Below are positions 20,507 to 30,218 of a stretch of 64,000 bases of DNA, in pieces. Position 1 is the stretch's first letter. Every line of letters starts with the position of its first letter. The notes beneath the pieces are model-generated. The model did not search any database. It was not told where the DNA came from and saw nothing but the letters and a program-made list of their open reading frames with translations. The position numbers were made by a program, and so were the translations under genes. Where the stretch lies: positions 1,280,001 through 1,344,000 of the forward strand of contig CAXXJJ010000001.1 of the NCBI GenBank assembly GCA_963667015.2, given 5' to 3'. Source of the stretch: Desulfatiglandales bacterium (GTDB taxonomy: Bacteria > Desulfobacterota > DSM-4660 > Desulfatiglandales > HGW-15).

Positions 20507-21061
20507 ATTATCTTGCCCTGTCCATTCTGGCAACGCTTTTCCGGTAAGTTCTGCTATTTTTCGATTCCTGTTATCACGTACCGTAATTTTCTCGTTAATA
20601 AACTCAACAGCCTCATGATCTCGCATTATCTGCACATAATTCTTAAGTTTGTGTGCATTACCTATAATGCCGCCGGATTGCTTTTTTGAACCACCATCAT
20701 TTGTAATTAAAATCGCGTTCCACTTTTTTGCATCGCAAACTATCTTCACATCATTTTTCTGATTTTCGTCTTTGACACCATCTGGGAATAATGCATTAGC
20801 CACCATTTGATAGATTGGACTCATCTCATTTACGGATTCATCAACAAGTGTAAAGATTTGAGCCAATGTCTTTTTAGTTCTCTTAGCATTGTTTCCTTGT
20901 TGAGCTTCGTTGAAGCTAACATTTGACATGTTAATTAGGATGATTTCGTTTTCAGCCCATTTTTCCAATTGACTCATTGATGGCAGCTTGCCATAGGCGT
21001 TAATCATGTTCGTGTCGATATGAAAAATAGGTGTATATAACATTCTCCTTTTCATATCCAT
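20501..21061 (-). CDS. PIN-like domain protein (gene cassette 3)
   Basis: IDTNMI, NDVKIV.DA, ILITND acidic residue pattern typical of PIN folds. Confidence 0.6.
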   Translation of the reverse strand: MDMKRRMLYTPIFHIDTNMINAYGKLPSMSQLEKWAENEIILINMSNVSFNEAQQGNNAKRTKKTLAQIFTLVDESVNEMSPIYQMVANALFPDGVKDENQKNDVKIVCDAKKWNAILITNDGGSKKQSGGIIGNAHKLKNYVQIMRDHEAVEFINEKITVRDNRNRKIAELTGKALPEWTGQDNA

Positions 21062-21083
21062 GTTCAGTTCTCCACTCTTCTAT

Positions 21084-21144
21084 GCCTACCTGATAACCGG
21101 TTTGGCAAGCTTTTCGCCAAATCCGGTTGATTAGATTGTTGGCA
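21084..21144 (-). mobile_element. attC site 2 (R' box damaged)
   Basis: TGCCAAC-N5-AATCAACCGGATTTGGC...GCCAAACCGGTTATC-A-GGTAGGC; two unpaired bases in the stem. Confidence 0.7.
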
Positions 21145-21185
21145 AAATATAATTGAATTCATGCGATTAAAACCACTGTGTTTTT

Positions 21186-21470
21186 CTACTTCCTTAACTT
21201 GTCTATCATCCTTCGCAGTTTAGAATCTGTCTTTTCAGTTCCAACTCTTCCTGGAAAATCCTCTAATTCCTCCCGTGAGAATGACTCTTTTACAGACTTC
21301 CCATTTTTTAATTTAAGCTCTAGAATGTGATTTTCGCGGGCATCAATTCCTTGCCTTTGATTCCATATATATTCATCAATTTCAGTGCCTTTCTCGATTG
21401 CAATTGTGTTTGCTCTCGAAAATATTAATTTAGCACCCTCCATACGTTCTGCTTGACTATCTTCTGACAT
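21186..21470 (-). CDS. Hypothetical protein (gene cassette 2)
   Basis: ORF between attC1 and attC2; RBS GAGGAG before MSEDSQ. Confidence 0.7.
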   Translation of the reverse strand: MSEDSQAERMEGAKLIFSRANTIAIEKGTEIDEYIWNQRQGIDARENHILELKLKNGKSVKESFSREELEDFPGRVGTEKTDSKLRRMIDKLRK

Positions 21471-21489
21471 AAGAGGTCTCCTCATTTCT

Positions 21490-21606
21490 TGCCAACGAAA
21501 AATTAACAAGCGTGCGGTGCCTGCCATTAAAGGTTCTAAATATTGCAAACCTTATTAGGTCGATTCGGCAAGATGGTAGCACGTCTTGTTGAATGCCATG
21601 TTAGAG
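21490..21606 (-). mobile_element. attC site 1
   Basis: CTCTAAC-N5-ATTCAACAAGACGTGC...GCACGCTTGTTAAT-N4-GTTGGCA; extrahelical C and A; 117 bp. Confidence 0.82.
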
Positions 21607-21618
21607 CTTTACCAAGAC

Positions 21619-22353
21619 TCACCCTTTAAAAATAGCCTCTGGAATTATTGTGTTTTCAGCAGGCCTTAAGTATAAATTTAGCTCTGTTAAGTAATGTCGA
21701 AGAGAGTTTTGGTATAGTTCAAGTACCGGATTCATAGCGTTCCAATAATTTTTATTGGACTCATTGCCAGATTCCACTGCTTGCTCAACCCAGCTCCGGT
21801 CGCCCGACTTATGTGCCGCCTCTTCTTCAAGAATGTTTATCTTCAATTTTCCAAAATGTTTCTTTAAAACTTTTCTTGCTTCCAATGCTTGAACAAGAAC
21901 TTTTTCAGCGAGTATACGTAACTTGTTTTCGTTTTCGAAATAAACGACAATACGTTGATAACTTATTACAAGATTAAACACATTTTTAAGAAAAGATTCT
22001 TGATATAAAAACAGAGAGTTACCATTATCCATCGGAAAATCGCCAAAATTTACAGCCAGTTTTTCGTAATAAAATTCTGTCGCTAGATCATAAAATCTCA
22101 AAACTTCCGACTGTTGTCTGTTCGAAAATGATTTTCGTTGGTCATAGGCAGACTTAACAGATACTTTGATTTCTTCTAACTGAGCAGAATATTGTACTTT
22201 AACCTGCTCAATCTTTTGTGTGATATCTTTGATATCCTCTTTAGTTGCTAAATTTTCACCTTTTTTATGGAAGTATGCTGGAAAGTAACTTTTGAAAATA
22301 TAGCCAAGTGCCACCAGTATTATTACCTGAAGTCCAATTAAAAGTGTGTCCAT
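21619..22353 (-). CDS. Hypothetical membrane-anchored protein (gene cassette 1)
   Basis: N-terminal TM then KKGENLATKEDIKDITQKIEQVK coiled segment. Confidence 0.75.
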   Translation of the reverse strand: MDTLLIGLQVIILVALGYIFKSYFPAYFHKKGENLATKEDIKDITQKIEQVKVQYSAQLEEIKVSVKSAYDQRKSFSNRQQSEVLRFYDLATEFYYEKLAVNFGDFPMDNGNSLFLYQESFLKNVFNLVISYQRIVVYFENENKLRILAEKVLVQALEARKVLKKHFGKLKINILEEEAAHKSGDRSWVEQAVESGNESNKNYWNAMNPVLELYQNSLRHYLTELNLYLRPAENTIIPEAIFKG

Positions 22354-22402
22354 TAAATAAGTTCCTTATATTTATTATTGTTCGGTTCACATCATGGTTT
22401 TG

Positions 22403-22409
22403 CCCTAAC
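22403..22409 (-). mobile_element. attI-like core site opening the cassette array
   Basis: GTTAGGGC, one mismatch from the complement of cassette-1 end GCTCTAAC. Confidence 0.55.
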
Positions 22410-22637
22410 AAGTTATTGCGCAGTTCTGTATATCTTTACAAATTAAATGATATGCAGAAAGATTGTTTTAAGGTTGATATTTAGATTACTTGCCAAAGTC
22501 TTTAAAACAGTGAAAGTTGAGATTACGAATATAAATAAAAAGATCAACGTTGTTTTTTGAGTTAATTAGTTTTTTATGGATGGCCCAATCTCCACCGGAT
22601 ATTATTTTGTCAAAAATGAAGGTCTGACCCTGCTTCT

Positions 22638-23171
22638 TCATGACTGGCATGGTTTCATCTTCTGCATGGAGAGCTCTGTTTCAAAACCTTTGAGAGCAGA
22701 GATAAGGTCAATGGTCATTTCATGCTCCATATCCCTTCCCCTGGAGCTCATATTGCTTCTGAAATCATATCCGGCGCTTCCTGCCCCACCCGCGCCTCGC
22801 GAGCTGAAAAGGTCACCGAACAGGTCTTCATAGCTCTGGTATCTGCCGAAGTCCTGACCTGACCAGCCTCCACCGGATGAAGCTCCGGCCTGCTGCTCAT
22901 AAGCTCCCCATTTTTTATATTCCCGAGCCTTTTCAGCATCAAATCCGGTATTAAGGCTGTCTTCACCGAATTCGTCGTAAAGTTTTCGCTTTTCTGCATT
23001 ACCCAGACAATCATAGGCTGCCGAGATATCCTTAAACTTTTGTTCAGCTTCCTTATTACCGGGATTTATATCCGGGTGCCATTTGCGGGCAAGCTTCCGA
23101 TAGGCTTTTTTAATCTCATCATGGGAAGCGTCCTTTTTTACACCAAGTATTTTGTAAAAGTCTTCTGCCAT
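22638..23171 (-). pseudogene. dnaJ: Truncated dnaJ copy (J-domain + G/F region, stops at first zinc-finger Cys)
   Basis: Nearly same protein as 18894-20060 up to MQKMKPCQ, then S-stop. Confidence 0.85.
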
Positions 23172-23374
23172 TTTATATTTTTCTCTAGTTTCATGTTTTC
23201 CAAGTTTTTGTAATTTGGTGCTTGGTTTATCTTAGATTGATTAAAATATAATCATTAATGATTATTATTGCAAAATTAACACATTGAATTATCTGCCGCA
23301 ATATTATTATGATTCAGGAATAATATCAAAATATTGTTGAATGTTTTAAGGTTATGGAGATGTGATTTAGCAAT

Positions 23375-23403
23375 AAAAAAAGCCTGTTTAAAAAACAGGC
23401 TTT
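23375..23403 (-). terminator. Intrinsic terminator downstream of tRNA-3'-like fragment
   Basis: Minus strand AAAGCCTGTTT-loop-AAACAGGC followed by a T tract. Confidence 0.65.
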
Positions 23404-23414
23404 GGGTATTCTTT

Positions 23415-23431
23415 TGGCTCCCCGAGACGGA
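23415..23431 (-). repeat. tRNA-Asn 3'-end-like fragment (possible att remnant)
   Basis: TGGCTCCCCGAGACGGA versus 50274-50290 TGGCTCCCCGGGACGGA (16/17), same orientation. Confidence 0.5.
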
Positions 23432-23584
23432 AAAATCTGGGCAATGGGAAGAAAAAAGTTAGTTCCATAATTAAGTGATTGTATCAAGTTTACCTGTTGT
23501 TAAATGTGCGCATCCAGTCTTATAGGTAGTTGGTGTCAAATTGTTCTACTTCTAATATAATATTTCTCGAAAACTCTTTGTAGC

Positions 23585-26500
23585 CTATTTTTGAATTTTA
23601 CTTACTACCTTGTTTGGCGTCGTTTTTTCGAATGAGCATTTTGAAACATGCATGCCCTCAGTGATTGAATTATGCATTTCACAACCATCAAAATCTACGC
23701 CTATGCACATTGAATTTCTCCAGTTGCACAACTTGAGATTAGATCCAGCAAACATTGATCCTTCTATCCGTGTACCTTCCAAACAGACTCCTTCAAGGTC
23801 ACAACGCGCAAAAGCTATTACGGGGAGGTAGACGTCACGAAGGTCGATACTTCTTAAAAATGATCCTACAGGAAATACAAAATCTGGATGCCACCCAGCA
23901 GCATTGATTCTTGAAATGTAGTTCATAAAATATTGCCCATTAGGGCCTGACGGAGCGAATCTTACAACCCAAGCTCCATTAAGCTTATCAAGTGACTGAT
24001 AACGGCGCACAGCAGATCGAAGGTCAGATTCTGAATTGTCGAAGCTTTCCCATTTTCCTATGTTTCCTGGAGGAATAGCCAAGTAGTGATGTACAAGTGT
24101 ACACAACTTAAAAAGGCCATCTCCTAGGTGACTGTCTATTGATATTGTTCTGGGCGCTGTTGGGACTTCCCCTTTGGGCAAATCTTGTGGCATTGCCCAG
24201 TGGACAAGGTCGTTTGCATAAGGCTCTACCCAACCAGATATTCTCTTTCCAAGATATTTGGGTTGTATTCTTAGGTGTACGCCCTCACCCCACCAATTCC
24301 AGAGGTCAGCAAGTCCATTAGCAACACGTCTCCATTCAAGAAGTGAGAGAGGCAACGTAGTGGAACCGAGGTCATGTTCCTCATCCTTACCATGTGCTCT
24401 AGCTAATTCCCATTTTATTAAGCCATGTATAAAAACATTGACTTCTTTTGTTAACCATTGTGGAGCTAAGAGAGATCCAAGTCGACGGCTGAAACTATAG
24501 CGAGGATCATCGATTTTAAAATCTGTTCCATAACTATTATATGACTGTTCAGGTAAATCATCGGGAGTGTTGCGAGCATATACCTTCAAGGCATCCACCA
24601 CTGCTTCGGCAAAAAGGAATTCACGGAAGGACTTGTGTAAAAACTCTGCACCAAGCTCTGTGCGACCACCTTTAAAAAAAGAAGTTAATCATCAAACTTG
24701 TTACAGGATGCTCTTTCGTTACCCGTTGCACACGTTCAAGAAGTTCATCATTCATTTGTGAAATACGGCTATCTAATTCATCGTAAGGAATGCTATCCTT
24801 ACCAAAGACAGTCATAGCTGATGCAGTCTCATGGAGTAGGTCCCGAAGGTTTTCACCGGACATTCCTGGTTCATATACTGCATTACCATACCTGCCACCC
24901 TTCTCGCAGGTGAGATTAGTTAGTTGGCGATATAGCGTTGTTGGATTCTCAACTACTGGTGTAAGATCAGTGTCAGGCCAGCGCACCATGAGTCGGACAG
25001 CGAGATGAGTGAGTAAAGGAAGTCCAAGAACTTCCATGGTAGTATGCTCATCATAAGTAGTGACATTTTCATCATTCATTTTTTTATATTCAGATGCATA
25101 GTGTGATAAAAGAGTGTCAAAGCGACTAGGTTCTGCTTTCTCAGGATCATTTGGATTTACTAGCCGTGCAGATAGGTTATAAATTAAATATTTTAAAGCA
25201 GGAGGAGCTAGGGGCCTTATTGTTATTAGTCGGGTTTGCTTAGTTAAGAAAGAGCTAGCAGCCACAGTGTTAGAGGGCCGTCCAGTGAGAATAATACGAA
25301 TGATTGGTCGATTTATGCGATTAAGGAACCGATCACGGATTTGGCTTAAAATCTCATTAATTCGAACAGCAAAGCCTTTCTGTGCCGCTACACTGACTTC
25401 ATCCCAGCCGTCAAGAATTAGGACATAAGGGCAGATGGTAGCATTTTTAAACTTTACTGATTGATCAAAAAGCGCCATATTAAGAAAAAGCTCATCTGGA
25501 CGAGCAGGAGGAAGGTCGTCATAACGTTGATCTGGATCCCAAAACCGCACAGCTTCCGGCAGGGCATCCTCGATGTTGATTGCATGGAGTGGGATATCTC
25601 TGAATCGGATGCGTATGGGCATTAAGCCCGACCGCTGCAATTCCATAGCAAGTCGCAATGTGAATGCCGATTTCCCAGATCCCGCAGGTCCTTGAACAAC
25701 AATTGCATCTCGGAATGATTTTTCTCCGATTAAATTCATTACTGATGTAAGCAAGTCATGCCTACCGCCGCAGGCTTCGTGAAAAGGATCAGATTTCCGG
25801 TGGTGAGATTTTTGCGTTTGTTGAGTGGTGGTGTTTACGTTCTGTTCATTTTTTGCCATGTCCCACAGTTCTCCGCAAGAAATTAATCCACATTCAGTTT
25901 CAACGTAAATTTCAGAAAGAGAAAATGGTTCTTCTCCAAAAACGTAGGCTTCTTCAAATTGGTATCGTTGAAATTCAATATGATCTTGCCACGCTTCCCA
26001 TACTCTTGTTTCAAGGTCACCATACTGGATAGCTTCCAAGAAGGCTGCGTATTTTTCACGAGTTTGCGGGTGTGAGACGAGTGCTTTCAAGCAGCCTGGA
26101 AATCGAATGACGACCTCATTCTGTATTTTCCTAATTTCACTTTTACTATAGCCTGCAACCTCCATTGACTCGATCAGAAGATCGATAGAATTCTTTAAAA
26201 ATGGGTGATTGAATGGATCAGACCTAGAGTAGTTATTAAATAATAAACTCTCCCCTGGTGCAGAAATAATTTTACTCGGAACCCAGCTAGGATCTTTATT
26301 GGATTTATTTGAAGGAGGGCCAACTGTCAGAAGAGCTTTCTCGACTGAACGTTGAAAAGCAGTAGTGAAAGCAATATATGCAAGTTGATTTGGATCCTTT
26401 ATCTTTCCTAATTTACTTGCTAAACTAATTAAGAATTTAATTGGCGGTGCAGCTTCGGCAGCTGATGCTGCAACTACTTGTAGCCACCAAGGAGTACATT

Positions 26501-26651
26501 CTGAGATAGCCTTCAGAAATTCAATCTTTTCTGTTGCTTTCACAATATCGTTTAAAAACTCACTAACAGTTTTTAAGCAACCCGTTGTTTTAGCAATGGA
26601 CTCCTGTTCCTTTGTAGTAAGACCAAGAATTTTTACCAACTTCGAAGTCAT
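23585..26651 (-). pseudogene. NACHT-type STAND NTPase with C-terminal pentapeptide repeats, split by a frameshift at a T7 run (24674-24680)
   Basis: Walker A GPAGSGKS, Walker B ILDGWDE, ILTGRP, LPLL; +1 frame continues KGGRTELGAEFLHKSFREFLFAE into ORF 23585-24601 ending in A(D/N)Lxx-like repeats. Confidence 0.8.
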
Positions 26652-27240
26652 TATTGTCCTCCAAATCTCATTCTAAACTAAGAGTAATAAATATTATTTG
26701 CATTTATTAAATCTGGATTTATTTAAAATAATTTATTTCAGTAACGCGGGGAGGTAAAAATACATAGTGTAATTAAATAATATTATTAAGTTAGAGATAA
26801 CTATGATTTCTTAGTGATAAATAAGAATGATTTGTTAAAGTATATTAAACAGTTCTGGGAAATAATCAAGAGGAAAAGAAAAAAGTTGTCAATGGTTTTT
26901 GCTGAATTGACTGTAATCCTAATTATCTCTCAGCAGGTTTTTAAGATATTACTTTTTAATGCAAGATTTCTCCTGGAGTTTATCCCGCTGTATTTTAGCG
27001 GGAGTCGAAATGACTGTGCACAATAATTTAGTAGATAGGACATAGCCTGTGCGCGGGTATGACGACTTATCTTTGAATTGTAGCTTTCAACAGATACTCT
27101 GCTCGTATTAAGTATAGAGGTATGATGTTTTAGTCCTTTATTGAATAGGCTAATTATAATTAAAACAATAAATTAACAATAATATTGCACTATATCGAAA
27201 GTCATGTTATAGTGCGTAAAAATGTTAATAAGGCGTAGGT

Positions 27241-28224
27241 ATGGAATATATAGCAAATAACCTTGTGAGATATTTAAAAGATACACTGGATATAGATGTT
27301 CAGCCCCAAAAATGGGAGGATACGAGTAAGTTACCCATATTCCTGCGTAACACGTATGATTTTTTTGAAGTTCATATTTTGGGAAAACTCTGTCTGATCA
27401 TGGCCGCAAAGGAAAAGGTAGAGCAAACTCCAGCAACTGTCCGGAAACACATGCTTCAGGTAGCGAAGAAGTGGAATGATGAGATTATCTATTTGCACCG
27501 GAAAGTGACAGCATATAATCGGAAGAGGTTGATTCAGCAAAAAATTCCCTTCATTGTACCTTTAAACCAAATGTACCTTCCGTTTATAGGTATTGATCTG
27601 CGGGAACATTTTAAAAATATCCGGGAAAAAGAAAATAGTTACAGCCCATCCACACAGGTGGTTGTGTTAGATTATTTAAACAACAATTCTCAATTTCGTA
27701 CGACACCCAATGTTTTGGCGAAAAAACTTGGTTACAGCATCATGACAATGACCAGGGCGTTCGATGAATTGCAGGGTTTTGGAGTTTGTTCAATATCCAT
27801 GGAAGGCCGTGAAAGGGTCCTTAAGTTTAATTCAGATAAAAGAGAAGTCTGGGAGATAGTACTTAAAAAAATGTGCAGCCCGGTTAAGAAGAGGTTACTG
27901 GTTAAAGCCTCTTCCATAAAGTTTACAGGAATTAAAGCAGGGCTGACCGCTTTAGGGTACTATTCCAATCTGGCGGAACCGATGAATTCGGTATATGCAT
28001 TGAGCTCAAAACAATGGAAAGAGTTTAAAATTAAAAAAGATGCAATGATTCTTGATATTCCGGAATCCAATGCCTGTGAATTAGAAATCTGGAGTTATTC
28101 ACCCAGGCTGTTTGAGAAGAATGGGGTAGTGGACAGGTTCTCCCTTTTCTTGAGCTTGAAGAATAATAATGATGAACGTGTCCAATCAGCGCTTGATAAA
28201 ATGATGGAGGAAGCTGAATGGTAA
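27241..28224 (+). CDS. Putative AbiEi-like antitoxin / HTH protein
   Basis: Internal HTH (LAKKLGYSIMTMTRAFDEL), AGLTAL, DERV; overlaps downstream nucleotidyltransferase. Confidence 0.55.
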   Translation: MEYIANNLVRYLKDTLDIDVQPQKWEDTSKLPIFLRNTYDFFEVHILGKLCLIMAAKEKVEQTPATVRKHMLQVAKKWNDEIIYLHRKVTAYNRKRLIQQKIPFIVPLNQMYLPFIGIDLREHFKNIREKENSYSPSTQVVVLDYLNNNSQFRTTPNVLAKKLGYSIMTMTRAFDELQGFGVCSISMEGRERVLKFNSDKREVWEIVLKKMCSPVKKRLLVKASSIKFTGIKAGLTALGYYSNLAEPMNSVYALSSKQWKEFKIKKDAMILDIPESNACELEIWSYSPRLFEKNGVVDRFSLFLSLKNNNDERVQSALDKMMEEAEW

Positions 28225-28982
28225 AAGGGATTGATCAGTTCAGTATTCATTTTAAGGATTTTAAAGACAGGTATGTACTAATTGGCGGGGCGGCTTGCTT
28301 TCTTGTCCTGGATGAGGCCGGGCTTGAATTTAGGGCTACAAAGGATCTGGACATTGTACTGTGTCTGGAAGTTCTGGATACTGAGTATGCAAAGGCTTTT
28401 TGGGATTTTGTAAAACGCGGTAAATATAAAAATACTCAGAAGAGTACAGGTAAAAAGCTTTTTTACCGATTCTATGATCCTGAAGATGATTTATTTCCAT
28501 ATATGTTAGAACTTTTTTCACGTATTCCGGATGTTTTACAAATTGATGATGAAACCCATTTAACTCCTGTTCCGATGGGTGAGGAACAGTCCAGTCTTTC
28601 AGCTATTCTGCTTGAAAATGCTTACTACAATTTTATTCATAACTCTAAAATTGATATTGAAGGAATTCCGACCATTCCCCCTGAAGTCATTGTCCCTTTA
28701 AAAGCAAAGGCCTGGCTGGATCTAATTAAAACACGAGAAGCCGGTGATTCAGTGGATAGTAATGATATAAAAAAACATAAAAATGATGTCTTTAGGCTTT
28801 TCCAAATTATTGATCCTGATACCCGTATCACCCTGCCCGATATAATTAAAGATGATATGCAGCAGTTTCTGGAGGGGTTAATAACTGAACCGCCAAAAAG
28901 CCTAAAGCCATTTGGGCTAGGCGATACTAAATTAAATGAGATCATTGAATTGATACAGACTATTTATGGGCTGAAAAGATAA
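28218..28982 (+). CDS. AbiEii-like nucleotidyltransferase (type IV TA toxin-like)
   Basis: LIGGAAC...RATKDLD, PLKAKA, KHKND motifs. Confidence 0.65.
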   Translation: MVKGIDQFSIHFKDFKDRYVLIGGAACFLVLDEAGLEFRATKDLDIVLCLEVLDTEYAKAFWDFVKRGKYKNTQKSTGKKLFYRFYDPEDDLFPYMLELFSRIPDVLQIDDETHLTPVPMGEEQSSLSAILLENAYYNFIHNSKIDIEGIPTIPPEVIVPLKAKAWLDLIKTREAGDSVDSNDIKKHKNDVFRLFQIIDPDTRITLPDIIKDDMQQFLEGLITEPPKSLKPFGLGDTKLNEIIELIQTIYGLKR

Positions 28983-29056
28983 GGAGTTTTTAATTATCTG
29001 CTTTGAATTTTTTTACTTTAAGGCCCTGTAAAAGTTTGTAGTGTTTATCGTTACCT

Positions 29057-29085
29057 GTTGGGTTGCTTCACTTAACCCAACCTAC
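29057..29085 (-). repeat. GTAG-family REP-like palindrome
   Basis: Minus strand GTAGGTTGGGTT-AAGTGAAGC-AACCCAAC overlapping the stop of the last operon gene. Confidence 0.5.
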
Positions 29086-30218
29086 TTACTATCCACCTTT
29101 TTGCATGTTTCAGGTATCATCACCGTAAAACAGGACCCATGACCTGGGGTGCTTTTTACAACTATTTTCCCGCCATGCTGCTCTACTATTTTATTGGCGA
29201 TAAAAAGCCCCAGTCCCGTACCTTTATTGCCTTTGGTAGAGAAGAATGGTGTAAATATTTTTTCCAGCGCCGTCAGTTCAATCCCTATTCCATCATCCGT
29301 GATTTCAAAAATGATATAGTTGTTTTGTTGCTTTATCATAAAGATGACTTTGTGTGTTTTTCTTGATTTATCCTTCATACAGGCATCAATAGCATTCTCA
29401 AGGATAGTAACCAGGGCAGAGTGCATGTGTTCATCATCAAATTCACATGTTCCGATGTTTGAATCGAAATCCTTTATTAGTTCGATGTGCTGGCCTTCAA
29501 TTTTGGGTTCAATAACTCTAAATACTTCATCCCCGAACCGTGAAATGTCGACCTGCCTGAAATTAAGACCTCTCTCCTTGGCATAATAAATGATATCAAG
29601 AATCATTTTTCGTAAGCGCCCAACTGTTATTTTCAGTATGCCCAAACCTTTTTCGATCTTCTCCTGATCCTTGCCTGCAACGCCTGAATCCAGTTTGTAA
29701 ATCCCGGCATCCAAACCGGTTAATAATCCCTTGGCACCATGGGATATTGAGCTGATCATCAGACCAAGTGATGCCAGGTGATCCTGCAGTTCGGTTTTTT
29801 CACGTACTAACCTTTCAAGATTCTCCGTGTAATCACTTAACTGTTTCCTGGTAATTATATTGTCTTCTGCCCTTTTAAGGGCGATCTTCAGTGCATCAAG
29901 GTTTATTGGTTTTGCAACAAAGTCGGTCGCTTCATACTTAAGACTTTTTATGGCCAGGTCCATATCCCCATGGCCGGTAATCATGATGATTTCAGTGTCA
30001 GGTGCCTCGCGCTTGATTTTTTGCAGAAGCTCAATGCCGTCCATACCCGGCATTTTTATATCGGTTAACACTATCTGCGGACGGGAGACTCTAAAGATTT
30101 GCAGGGCTTCATTTCCATTTTCTGCATCCATAACTTCATATCCCATGGCTGACAGAGACAGTTGCAGCATGTCACGAATGTCTTTTTCATCATCTACGAG
30201 CAGTATTTTATTTTTCAT
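29082..30218 (-). CDS. Hybrid receiver-histidine kinase (REC-HisKA-HATPase)
   Basis: ILLVDDE, DIKMPG, SISHG, ENAIDA, DDGIGI, FFSTK, GTGLGL. Confidence 0.88.
   Translation of the reverse strand: MKNKILLVDDEKDIRDMLQLSLSAMGYEVMDAENGNEALQIFRVSRPQIVLTDIKMPGMDGIELLQKIKREAPDTEIIMITGHGDMDLAIKSLKYEATDFVAKPINLDALKIALKRAEDNIITRKQLSDYTENLERLVREKTELQDHLASLGLMISSISHGAKGLLTGLDAGIYKLDSGVAGKDQEKIEKGLGILKITVGRLRKMILDIIYYAKERGLNFRQVDISRFGDEVFRVIEPKIEGQHIELIKDFDSNIGTCEFDDEHMHSALVTILENAIDACMKDKSRKTHKVIFMIKQQNNYIIFEITDDGIGIELTALEKIFTPFFSTKGNKGTGLGLFIANKIVEQHGGKIVVKSTPGHGSCFTVMIPETCKKVDSK

Larger units (their letters stand above)
22643..23452 (-). repeat. Direct repeat copy B: dnaJ 5' part + upstream region
   Basis: Homologous to 19532-20340. 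Confidence 0.9.

Noticed and set aside
22410..22640. Remnant of an integron integrase next to the attI-like site
   Set aside because: No tyrosine-recombinase motifs recognised; ORF 22576-22833 is mostly antisense to the dnaJ fragment.
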